NCBI RefSeq assembly: GCF_011745625.1
Contig: NW_027191504.1
Coordinates: 62,001-91,529 of the forward strand
Length of the DNA stretch: 29,529 nt
Source of the DNA: Cladosporium halotolerans
Taxonomy: Eukaryota
Reading direction: 5' to 3'
This document shows, piece by piece, positions 1 to 10,836 of the stretch. A program made the position numbers and the translations under genes. The notes beneath the pieces were generated by a model that was not told the origin of the DNA, ran no database searches, and saw only the letters and a list, made by a program, of their open reading frames with translations. Within the stretch, counting starts at the first letter, position 1. Each line of letters opens with the position of its first letter.

Positions 1-354
1 CCGAGCAGGGTCCAGGGCTTAGAAGTGGGACATAAGCCTTCATGTTTCCCCCCCTTGCAGTAATTGATTACCCCAGTGACCCTAGATGGAGCTCGTTGTG
101 GGCACCCTACTCCATACTATTGTAATGAGGTGCTTGAACAGCATTGTTCTCACTCTCGTGGATGTAAGGTCTGTGGACGTCCATCCGATGATACGCAATT
201 GAGCAGAGCTGACAGAAAGCTTGATCAGTGGTTCAGACACAGAGCGGGCTGCTAGAGTCATTACAGCTTCGTATCCCATCTTGCATTCATGGACAATTCC
301 TAATCGTGCTAATCTCTATCCACAGTATGCACAGTAAGCACAGCATATTCCCAT

Positions 355-1368
355 CTACGCCTTATCAGCCGGATACCTCACACCACCCTGCCTCCTCAAA
401 TCACTCGTTACACCAATAACAATCTTCGAAATCCTCTCTAAATCCTCCGCAGCCTTAACATCCTTCTCGCCCACAATCCGCGCAAACTCCTCCGCCTCCT
501 CCTCCATATTCACCTGCGCCTTCTCGTCCCTCAGCGGCCCCGCCAGCTCCTCGCTCTTCTTCGTCCTAGGGTCCCAGTGCACCACGCTCTTAATATCCGT
601 CGTCGCATTCACACTGATCGTACCCTTCTCGCCGTACACCTCGCACGGCGCGAAGCTCTGGTAGCCCTTGGACTGGTTGATCTGCACGCCGAAGCCGTCG
701 TACTGCAGCAGCACGACGCCGCCGCCGTCGACGCCCGTCGCGCAGATGAAGGGCACGTACGACTGCGCTTTGGGCGCGCCGAAGAGCGCCACCGCGAACG
801 TGATCGGGTACACGCCGATGTCGACCAGGCTGCCGCCGCTGAAGTCGAGCGAGAAGATGTTCGGCACCTCGCCCGCGAGCACGTTGTTGTAGCGCGAGCT
901 GTAGGAGGCGTACGTCAGGCTGGCGCCGTAGATGGGGCCCAGGCGCTGCTGGTCGACGATCAGGCTGCGGAGGAGCTTGTAGTTCGCTTCCTGAATGTGC
1001 CGGAAGGCTTCGATGAGGAAGACGTTGTGCTGCTTCGCGGTCTGGAACAGGTCGTCGAGCTCCGCGGGCGTCGACGTCGCGGGCTTCTCGAGGATGACGT
1101 GCTTGCCGGCTTGCAGGAGCTGTTTGGCGTGCGCGTGGTGGTGGGAGTTCGGGGAGGCGATGTAGACTGCTTGCATGTCCTTGTCGGCAGCGAGGCCGTC
1201 GAGCGAGGTGTACAGGTTCTTGCAGCCGAATTTGGCGCCGAAGGCTTCAGCTTGCTCTTGTTTGCGCGAGTAGACGGCGTGTAGCTGCCATTGGCCTTTC
1301 TTGGAGGCGGCTTTGATGAAGGCCTCGGTGATCCAGCCGGTGCCAATTGTGCCGAAGGTGATCGCCAT
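355..1368 (-). CDS. Gfo/Idh/MocA family NAD(P)-dependent oxidoreductase (YgjR/IolU-like), 337 aa, intronless
   Basis: Rossmann start TIGTGWIT; VYIASPNSHH; family motif HVILEKPAT; GGSLVDIGVYP; strong GC3 codon bias. Confidence 0.92.
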   Translation of the reverse strand: MAITFGTIGTGWITEAFIKAASKKGQWQLHAVYSRKQEQAEAFGAKFGCKNLYTSLDGLAADKDMQAVYIASPNSHHHAHAKQLLQAGKHVILEKPATSTPAELDDLFQTAKQHNVFLIEAFRHIQEANYKLLRSLIVDQQRLGPIYGASLTYASYSSRYNNVLAGEVPNIFSLDFSGGSLVDIGVYPITFAVALFGAPKAQSYVPFICATGVDGGGVVLLQYDGFGVQINQSKGYQSFAPCEVYGEKGTISVNATTDIKSVVHWDPRTKKSEELAGPLRDEKAQVNMEEEAEEFARIVGEKDVKAAEDLERISKIVIGVTSDLRRQGGVRYPADKA

Positions 1369-2313
1369 GTTTGTAAGTGTTTGAGGGGTGCCGGGAGAGT
1401 CGATGAAGAAGATTGACTATGGAGTGTAGGTACTGGAGGGTAAGAAGGATCAGAGAAAATAGATTTGTATGTACAGGTTCACAAGAAAGCCAAAGTGTCG
1501 TCAAAGGCGTGTGGACCTTCCTCCACAACAGCAGTTGAGACTCACAAAAGTTGAAGGAAGTGGGGGGCGATGACGGAGCGCGGGGCGCCAGCTCCAAAGC
1601 TCCAGGTCAAACAGTCGACATCATTTGCAACGGAAACATTCAACTAGTGGTCGATTCGGAGTGGACTTGCGTGTTCTCTTTGTTGTTTTTGAAGACAGCC
1701 ACTGATAGTGCAAATCTAAATTTGTGATTGACTTTGTGCCAGACATCACTCTGTTCGTCTTCGTTGATATCCTCTTTTGTTGAAAGCCGCAGCCTCAATA
1801 TCAACAACTCCCTTCCCTTCGACTCATTGGACAGCCACAAGACGACATTGGGAGCGAATCGCATGCGAAATGCGCCCAGGTATACCTGCATGATCTATAC
1901 ACACAAAGCACATTGTCAAACGCATCCATAACTACCGTGAAAGATTCGAAGCAGAAGCCCAGTAAATGGCCTTAAGATTGTAAGGGTTAGGGTTGGGGCA
2001 GCCTTCCAGCGGCCACTTATCCGGAAGTTTGCAGATTGAAGGCTCACCAAACAGAGGACCAATCCTGATGGGGTAGAGCAAATGATAGAATGTCAAACGT
2101 GATAAGAAACGAAACACTTTTCAAGATCATCAAGGAGCTTTTAATGCTTCTCGGAACAGTTATTTTGCCTCATCCGCGCTCACAAAAATTTCCAAGACGC
2201 CTGCAAACTTCTAGAAAGACGATGACCTCTTCTATATCCGAGGTCGTCCCCTCATGAGAGGGTTTTCCGCACACCGGCGGCTCAGCTCGCCACATTCACA
2301 ACCGCCCACAACG

Positions 2314-4566
2314 ATGCCATCCGACACTGATCTGCCTCCATCTAAGCGACGGCGCGTGACGCGAGCTTGCGATCATTGCAAGTCTCGCAAAAGGCGTTGC
2401 AATGGGCAAAAGCCATGCGCGTACTGCACCGAGCATAGAACGAAGTGCACCTACGACGCGCCCTATACACGCGGCAAGCATGCTCAGCATCCTGCAATAC
2501 CAGATGCCAGTATTGCAGAGGTCCCAGAAATTGACGCGTCAAGTCCACGTATGGCTGGACGATGGCCGCGACTCTCTCTCTCACACACCGCGCCGGTTGT
2601 TGTGAATGATGGTGATCGCAGTGGCGTGCAAAGCAGTAGGGCAAGATCGCCCGTTGGGGGCGAGAGTGCAGGGCCTCTGGGACAGCAATACCTTGGCCCT
2701 ACATCACCTTTCTCGGTACGTTCAGATCTGTATTTGTGTCTCTCCATCTCAAGTAGTCGGCTATCTTCTGACGCCAGGCAGTTCATCCGTCGAGCGACCC
2801 GACGATTTGGCAACCTGAACGCAATTTCGACGGCAACGCTATCTGAAGAGCCAAAGAATGGAGTTTCTATCTTCAGTACTGGCGATCGACAACTTCCAGA
2901 AGTGGATGTGTCGACCATACAGCTGCCTGATGAGGCGCAATGCAAGATGTTCGTCAATCGCTATTTCGACTTTGCCATGGCAACTTATCGATTCTTGCAT
3001 CACCCAACTGTCCTCCAATGGGTTGATCGGTTACCAGGGCACAAAAATCCTCATCCGCTACCTCCAGTTCAAAAAGCGATCCTTCTCTTGGTATTTGCAA
3101 CGGGTACCTTGTACAATGTAGATGACAGCCACAACGTCTTGCCGGACAGAGACGGAGGGCGTCATCTTGCTGGTGAGCGGTACTTTCAGGCTGCGCAGAA
3201 GATCATTGCGGGCGAGACTGGTTCTTTGCAGCTGGAATCTGTCCAAGCACGGTTGGCTGCGACTCTGTACCTGCTGAACACTTCCCGTCTCAACCAGGCG
3301 TGGTACTTGTTTGGTACTACCTACCAACTGGTCATCGCCCTTGGACTCCACAGGAGAAGCGCCACTTACCAGATTCAGAAGGATTACGTTCTCTCGGAAT
3401 GTCGGAAGAGATCCTTCTGGGCGGCGTATACACTGGATGGCTACTTTAGTGTCATGCTTGGTCGGCCTCCTTTTCTGAATGATGACTTTGTTGACCAGGA
3501 GTACCCACAGCCTTTGAACGACCAAGATATCACTCCAGGGGAAATCACAAGAAAGTCCAAAGGAATCGACTGTCTCATAACGGCTTCAATCCAGCACGCA
3601 AAGCTGGCTCATGTCGTTAGAAGAGCTTCCAAAGACCAATACCTGCTTCACCAAGTCAGTGAAGAGCGCCAGATACAGACTGCGGCTCAGCTAAACAATG
3701 AAATCGCGAAGTGGCAAGATGAGCTTCCGATCTTCCTCTCTGGCGCCATTAACCCTGCCAGTCTCATTCCAGTCTTCCGTCGTCAAGTCACAGTATTGAG
3801 AATGGCGTGTGCGCATGCTATCATGCTGGTTAACAGACCCTTAATACTGAGCCGCCACGCAAAGCCTGTAGGTGTTCAGCCTCATGTTGAAGAGTGTTTA
3901 TCAGCCGCAAAGCTGATGCTCGAGTTGGTGCTCGACTTTGTGGCAGACAACCATATGTTCCAGGGGTTTTGGAAGACTCAGGTAGGCGTCACGCCCAATA
4001 TACGAGTAACTCTAACGACTGCTGACTCCTTCATAAAGTACGTCACGTTCAACGCACTTTCAATAGTCTACGTGTGGATCATTCAACGCAAAATTGGCCG
4101 GCTAGCCACCGTCCCCTCGCAATACGAAGAGTCAGACCTGTTCAACATCGCGGAAGCCGTGCAGACGCCATTAGCGAAAGCAACGCAAAGCAATGCGCCC
4201 AATCTTCGATACACCATAATACTGGGAGAGCTGCAGCGAGAAGCCAGGAGGGTCATTGCGTCAGCATCTTCCAATGGTGATCCTGGTACCTCAAGCTCTT
4301 CCGATCAAGCCGAAGCCAGCCACATAGACACCGCATCCTTGAGCGGACAGCCGCAATCGCTGGGCTCCGCTGAGTGGGACCTTGGAAGCATGGACTTCCC
4401 ACTTGATCCGAACCTGTGGATGCAGTTGGATTCGTTCCCCTTTAGTAAGTCTTTGGCTGACCGAACTCACGCGCATATTTGAGCTGACATATTGGTAGCC
4501 GACGAGCATTTTCACCAGGGTGGCTACGGGTTCTCGACAAACACAGACCTTGGTGGCACGATGTAG
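2314..4566 (+). CDS. Zn(II)2Cys6 fungal transcription factor with middle homology region, about 691 aa. Exons 2314-2715, 2782-3981, 4039-4444, 4499-4566
   Basis: Binuclear cluster ACDHCKSRKRRCNGQKPCAYCTEHRTKC; MHR motifs LGLHRR, ECRKRSFWAAYTLD, LGRP. Introns: GTACGT..CAG (2716-2781), GTAGGC..AAG (3982-4038), GTAAGT..TAG (4445-4498), each with a CTGAC branch. An alternative in-frame ATG lies at 2254. Confidence 0.9.
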
Positions 4567-4701
4567 CCAGTTGATGCATCTATCGTCTCTGGGTTCCTAC
4601 AACTGCGTGATGGATCACAATGAACGAACAAAAAGAGAGTCAGATTGTGTGGTCGTAAATTTGTATTCCCCTTCTACCTTGGTACCCAACTCCGAACAAT
4701 T

Positions 4702-7700
4702 CTATATCTTAACCATTCCTTGGAGAATATCCTGACACTCTGAGAGCACTTCCTCTAAATCTCGAGCAGCATCGACCGGCACAACATCAACCTCACTATC
4801 CTGAGCCGCCTCCAAAAGCTCAACTTGCGCATCTACCATCTCCGGCGCCATGTAATGGTCTTCCCGCAAGGAAAGTCTGGTCTTCAACTCATCCCGGCTC
4901 TCCGTCTCAAGCATGACGAAGAGTGTGCGAAAGCCAGCAATCTCCTGCAGAGTCCGCAACTCCTGGCGATAGATACTCCTCAAGGCCGAGCATGTCACAA
5001 GCACCGCAGGTGCCTTGGTGGTATTCAGACGATCGATGGCCGCGCCACGAATGTGCGCCAGCCAGCTCATGCGGTCGGCATCCGTGAGAGCGATCTGGCT
5101 CCCCATCCTCTCGCGCGCTGTTTTCGAGTGCATGTCGTCGCCTTCGATCATGGGAAGACTCAGCTTGTCCGCCAGCGCGCGAGCGATAGTCGATTTGCCG
5201 GAGCCGCAGGGGCCGCCGACGACTATCACGGCGGGTTCGTTTTCGGAGAGGCTACCAGCGGACCACTTTGCTTCCAGTGAGGAGACAATCTTGCGGATGA
5301 GACTCTTATCGATGGTCCCGGCATTCTGCAACGACGGCGAGCCGCCCTGAGCCCGAGACGTGGCGTGCGCAAGCGAGCGCCTCGGCTTGTCATTGTCGTA
5401 CTTGCTGGCGAAGAAGTCTACGAGCTTGATCGGAGGGTTCTTCGAAGGATCCGGCTCCGACGCTCGTAGCAGGCGGATCCACTCTTGCTGCGGCACTGTT
5501 TCGAATTGCAGCCCTGCCTCTCTGAGCAGGGGCAAGAGGTCTCTGGACCAGTGGAACGACTTGTCGTTCACGACGTTCATGACGCCGCTTTCGGCCCCTG
5601 AGCACGCGATCTCCGAGCACGCTTTCGCGACGACGTCGACGGGCAGCCAGTAGGGCGTTTCATCGAGCTCGGGCAGAGCGCCGACTGTCTTCGCCGTCTG
5701 GAAGATCAGAGGGATCGCTTCTGTGTTGTTCCAGACGCCGTTCTGCGTGTCGCCGATGATCTGTCCGACGCGCAGCACCCGTGTCCTGAGACCTGTCTGC
5801 CGAGACGCCCGGTCGCAGAGATGCTCCGTGACCAGCTTCGACTGCGCGTAGCCCATGCCTTGAGCGTAGCTGTACGACTCCGGCAACGCTTCCGGGACCA
5901 CATCGACTGGCGTCGCTGCCGTCGCAGAGACGGACGAGCAGAAATTGAACGAAGCGGGCTGCGGGCGCTTGGAGGCTAGGCAGAGATTCATCAGGTTCTT
6001 CGCGCCGGCGATGCAGTCGGCTTCGAAACTCTCGAGGCCTTTGTTAAAATTGACCGACCACGCGAGGTGTAGGAGGTGGGTGATGGAGCTGCTGATGTCG
6101 TCGTAGTCGCTTTGGGCGAGGCCGAGATGGGCGTCGCTGAAGTTTGAGGGCAGGGCGATGATTTTGGAGCGGCTTGGGAGCGACAACTGGTGGTAGAGTA
6201 GTCGCTCTCTGAGAGACTCGCGCACTCTGTAGCCCGCGGATTGCTTGCTGTCTGCTCGGACGAGGCAGTAGACTTTGCGGACGGATGCTTGGGTGACTAA
6301 GTTGGCGACGGCATGGGCGCCGAGAGAGCCAGTCACACCAGTGACGACCTGCAAGTGTCAGTCATGGATCGGAAGGATCAATGGATTGCTGCAACTCACG
6401 ATGTATTTCCCGTCGGCAGGATTGTTCAGGGGAACATGCTGAGGGAACTCCGCGTACTTCTCAATCATGGCCGAAATTCGATCTTCGACACCGACGACCT
6501 CGCGCTCAGGACCGCCCGACTGTAGCCGGACGATCTCGTCCGCCATTTTGCCCAAGGTTGGGAAGTCAAAGACGAAGTTGCGACCAACCTTGTCGCCATC
6601 CACCTTCAGATTCTGCAGAACGAAGCTTCGGACCTGGATGGCTTGCAAAGAGTCGACGCCGAGGCTGAAGAGGTCAGCGTCGTCACCGAGGACGACACCG
6701 GCTTTGAGGGCGACGCGTTTCTGCATCTCTGCTCGCAAAAACTCGAGCAGCTCGCTCCTTGGCAACACTAACGTCCCGGATTGCTTGTCGACGTACGCAG
6801 CATCGATTTGCTTTGCAAAGTCTCGATAGAACGCAGCGCGGATGACGGTGCCTTTGTCGGTACGGCGGTAGTCGACGTCTCGCGGCAGGACCCTGATCAT
6901 GTCCTTCGAGAGCTGGGAGTATGCTGGCATGTTTGCGTTCATTTCTTCGATCTTCGGCATGACTGCGTCAACGAGCTCTGCATCTTCAAGATTCGAGGTT
7001 GTCGTAGGAATGATGAAAGCTCCAAGACGGGCTTTGTTGGCGCCGAATACAACCGCCTCTGCGACGTTGGAATCCTGTCGGATCACACCTTCGACCAGTA
7101 AGGGGTTGGCCTTCTCGCCGTTCTCGAGCACGATGGTATCGTCCAGACGGGCGTAGTACTTCCAAGCATCCGGAATACTAGGATGAGGCTCGAAGAGATC
7201 TTTTGTAGCATACGACCCATCGTCTCTATTCGTCGCGACTTTCGAGCCCCAACCCTCCCTCACACAGAGCTCATAGAGATTCGGCCCTCTGGCCTCCATA
7301 CTGAGGTACGGCTTAAGATGCGGCGGCACGCGCATCCAGTCCCAGCCTTTATCTTGTCGGTGGTCGCGGAAAGACGTCATGAGCTGGCCGACTTCGGTAG
7401 CACCGTAGTGGCCGACGAGGTTCACGCCGCTGGCCACGAGCCTGTCGCCGATGGGCTTGGGGCACGCGGAGCCACCGAACATCACGATCTCCAGTTGGCT
7501 GAGCAGTCTGAGGCCTTCGTCTGTCTCGCTTAGGAGCTTCAGAGCGTAGGGCACGCCGTACAGGATTCGAATGTCGGGGTGCTGCTTCAGCGTTGCAAGG
7601 AGGTGTTTGCTAGCGAGAGGAAGGCGGGCATTGTAGATGTAGATCTTCTTACGCGAGTGGATTGCCCGGAACAGACAGCATATGCCATGGTTGTGGTAGA

Positions 7701-8493
7701 GGGGAAGGGTGATGTGCCCGACCAGACCGAAGTTCTGGGAGTAGGTGTACAGCGCAGCGCGGTGCGTCTGGTAGATGGGCTTCGGCAAGCCGGTTGATCC
7801 GCTCGAATGGATGATGAAGCAGATGTTGTTTGTTTCTCGGGCCGGGTCCAGAGAGGCTGATCTCAAAGTGGTGCTAGTCTCTGGAGACGATGAGGCAGCG
7901 AAGATGGTCCCGGTTTTCAGAGCCGGAATGCTTTGGGATATAATCTCTGCATTTGATGCGAAGATATTCTGATAAATGAGTGCTGTTGCTTTGGTGCTCG
8001 ACAATAAGGACTCGTAAGCTTCATCCGTTATTCTGGTCGACAGGAGCAAGGCGGAGTGACCAAGTCTGGATATGGCGAGGAATGCGACCAAGTAGTCGAG
8101 GTCGGAGTTACCCAAGAGGCCAACGACTTGCACTGGTTCGTCTGAGTGGAGTCTCTGTGGGATCCAGCTGGAGTACTTAACCGCTGCTCTCTCCACCACT
8201 TGATCCAGTTGCCGAGGAGAGTAGTCGACATAGTCGGTGCCTTCGTGTGGGTATGCAACAATGGGCTGGTCGTTGTGAAGCTGTCGTGCCCGCAGAGCAA
8301 TGAGCTCGTTGATAGTCGATGGGATGGTCTTCTCCAAGATCTCAGACGGGCTTGCTGCCACCTCAATCCTCTCAATCGTTTCAACGGCAACGTCCTTCGT
8401 CTTCAGCGGATCGCTAAGTGCGATGGGTGATAGTACGGCCGCCATTGGGGGCTTTTGACGCGGTATCGACCATGCACTGTGGACGGACGCCAT
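4702..8493 (-). CDS. NRPS-like adenylate-forming reductase (A-T-R) fused to a C-terminal gluconokinase-like domain, about 1246 aa. Exons 8493-6400 and 6348-4702
   Basis: A domain: IIHSSGSTGLPKP, YGATEVG, YATKDLF, RLDDTIVLENGEK, RTDKG. T domain: DLFSLGVDSL. R domain: VVTGVTGSLG, GYAQSK, RVGQIIGD. Kinase: GGPCGSGKST, EGDDMH, LTDADRMSWL, CSALRSIYR, HYM..QVELLE. A 51-nt intron (6399-6349, GTGAGT..CTGAC..CAG) joins the two ORFs in frame. The start could instead be the second Met (MAAVLSP, 8445). Confidence 0.9.
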
Positions 8494-8984
8494 CGCAGTT
8501 CTTAAGTGGAAGGGCCACTACCCTTAGACCATCGGACATCAACTAGGCTGTGAGGCACTTTCGAGGTCGGCGGACCAAGACATTGTGCGGGGATGGGTCG
8601 CGGATTGACGTTCGGCTGGCGGCATTCCCATTCCGCCCTTGTTTTTCCGCTCCGTCTTTTGATCCGTTCTCCTTCCGCCTTTTCCATCCAACGGAGAACC
8701 GTCAAAGCCCTAGATTTGGCACGCCACAGTGACTGAACCTGCCGACTCTATTGGAATCTCCTCACTTACGATGCGAGTACCCCAACTACTTCTCCGCATT
8801 GGTGGAGCTGGGGAATCCGGGGTGGCTCAGATGATCTGTGAGCCCGCGCTGTCATATATCAAGTGGAGTCCTTGTGCTTTGCTATCTGTCTGGCTCATCA
8901 GCTCGTCCTCAACTGTCCAAGAACGAGACTTGGCCATTGTTGTCACAGACGCTGTTACCATACCTTGAGCAACGACGAGCCAAC
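8494..8984. promoter_or_regulatory. Divergent promoter shared by the NRPS-like gene and the MFS gene, with candidate Zn2Cys6 and CreA sites
   Basis: 491 bp head-to-head gap. TCCG at 8632, 8646, 8651, 8663, 8674; CGG-N4-CCG at 8692-8701; SYGGRG matches at 8587, 8792 (rc), 8802, 8808, 8817, 8863. Confidence 0.55.
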
Positions 8985-10836
8985 ATGAACCGACAAGACA
9001 ACGAACGGGCTTCGACCCACTCGGTCGATAAAGACCTCGAGAAGGTTGACTACATTGAAGTCAGCCACAACAAGTATGCCAACCTGGGCCTGACCGCGGA
9101 GGAGACCGAATTCTACGAGAACTACCCTGAGGACAAGAGGAAGAAGATGATTCGCAAGGTCGATGTGCGCCTGGTGCCTGTGCTGGCGCTCCTATACCTG
9201 CTGGCTCATATCGACCGCGCCAACATCGGGAATGCTAAGGTAAGCTTCTTGGGATATAGTTAGCGATGAAAGCCTGTAGCTAACAATGGCCTCAATTGAT
9301 CAGATCGAGGGCATGCTCGATGACCTCAACATGAGCGGAATCCAATACAACATCGCACTGTCTATCTTCTTCATTCCCTACATTCTTCTTGAGGGTGAGT
9401 GATATGTACTGCCTAGTTTCTCTTGAGGAATGTGACTGACTCGAATGATTTGCATAGTCCCATCCAACGTTATCCTCAAGAGGTTTAAGCGGCCTTCGAC
9501 CTACATTGGCATCCTTGTCGTCTCTTGGGGCATCGTCATGACTTTCACAGGCATCGTGAAGAACTTTGCTGGCTTGATGGTCTGCCGTGTCTTACTGGGC
9601 GTAGCAGAAGCTGGTTTCTTTCCTGGTGCAGTGTATCTGATTACGAGGTGGTGAGTATCTACGAGGACACCAGAGACAAATGTGAGTCCAAGGCACTGAC
9701 TTTCTCCAATAGGTACGGCCAGCGCCAAGTTCAGACCCGTCTCGCTCTATTTTACTGTGCTTCTGCTCTATCAGGCGCTTTCTCCGGCCTTCTTGCTTTT
9801 GCAATTGCTAAGATGGATGGTGTTGGCGGCAGACCAGGCTGGGCTTGGATTTTCCTGCTGGAAGGCATTGCTACTGTCGTTGTTGGCGTGGCCTGTTTCT
9901 TCATCATGCCTGACACTCCCGCCTTGTCGGGAAGGTGGCTCACTGCCGAGGAGACCCGCTACTTCGCCATCCAGACGATCATCAAGGACGGCGGAAGGAC
10001 GACGTCAGAGAAGGCAGACAAGTTCAAGTGGTCTTACTTGATCGATCTCGTCACCGACTACAAGGTCTACCTGCAAGCTTGGATCCTCTTCACTGCCTCC
10101 GTCTGCGCTTACGGTACGTCTTCTTGATCAGCGACAGCTCGAAATCCTGCTGACACCCTCTAGGCCTTAAGTTCACAATGCCCTCGATTACAAAATCGAT
10201 GGGCTACAGCTCCTCGCAAGCTCAGCTACTGACGATCCCTCCCTACGTGGCCGGCGCGATCTCCGCTGTAACTCTCTCTAAGCTCGCGGATCGCTTCAAC
10301 TGGCGCATGCCATTCATCCTTGGCCCTATGACTTCAGTACTTGTTGGATTCTGCATCTTGCTCCCGTTGGCCAAGAACATTGAGAACCAGATCCCAGCAT
10401 GCTACATCGGCGTCATGCTCATCTGCATCGGCCAGTACCCCGTAAGGCCCCAAGAAACCTGTTACGTCAAAGAAACCACTGACAACCAGTCCAGACCAAC
10501 CCCGCAGGCAGCGCCTGGATCTCAAGCAACCTGGCCGGCGACTCCAAGCGTGCTATGGGCATCGCTCTCAACATCTGTCTCGGAAACACTGGTGGCATCC
10601 TCGGCTCTTACATGTTCCTTGACTCGGAACAGGAGCAGGGCTACCCCACAGGTTTCAGCATTGGCCTGGTGTTCGCTGCCATCACGTTGATTAGCACCGT
10701 TGTACTGGAGCTATCCTACAAGCGGATCAACAAGAAGAGGGACGCCATGAGTGACGAGGACATCAGGGCTCAGTACACGGACGAGCAGCTTGCAAGACTA
10801 GGCGACAAAAGCCCGCTGTTCAGGTACAAGCTGTGA
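8985..10836 (+). CDS. MFS transporter, anion:cation symporter (Dal5/Tna1 allantoate/nicotinate permease-like) family, about 519 aa. Exons 8985-9239, 9304-9394, 9458-9650, 9713-10113, 10164-10441, 10495-10836
   Basis: KVDVRLVP..IDRANIGNAK|IEG, EVPSN, GVAEAGFFPG..TRWY, GWAWIFLLEG, WISSNLAG, C-terminal LGDKSPLFRY. Five canonical GT-AG introns restore one continuous frame. Confidence 0.92.

Noticed and set aside
1..300. Intron-like signals (CCCTTGCAG at about 52-60; GTAAGG..GCTGACAG at about 163-214) and short ORFs
   Set aside because: No coherent spliced frame or recognisable protein; it may be the tail or UTR of a gene outside the window.
577..1346. Long overlapping ORFs (235 aa +, 128 aa -) inside the Gfo/Idh/MocA gene
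   Set aside because: Shadow ORFs caused by high GC3 codon bias; no motifs.
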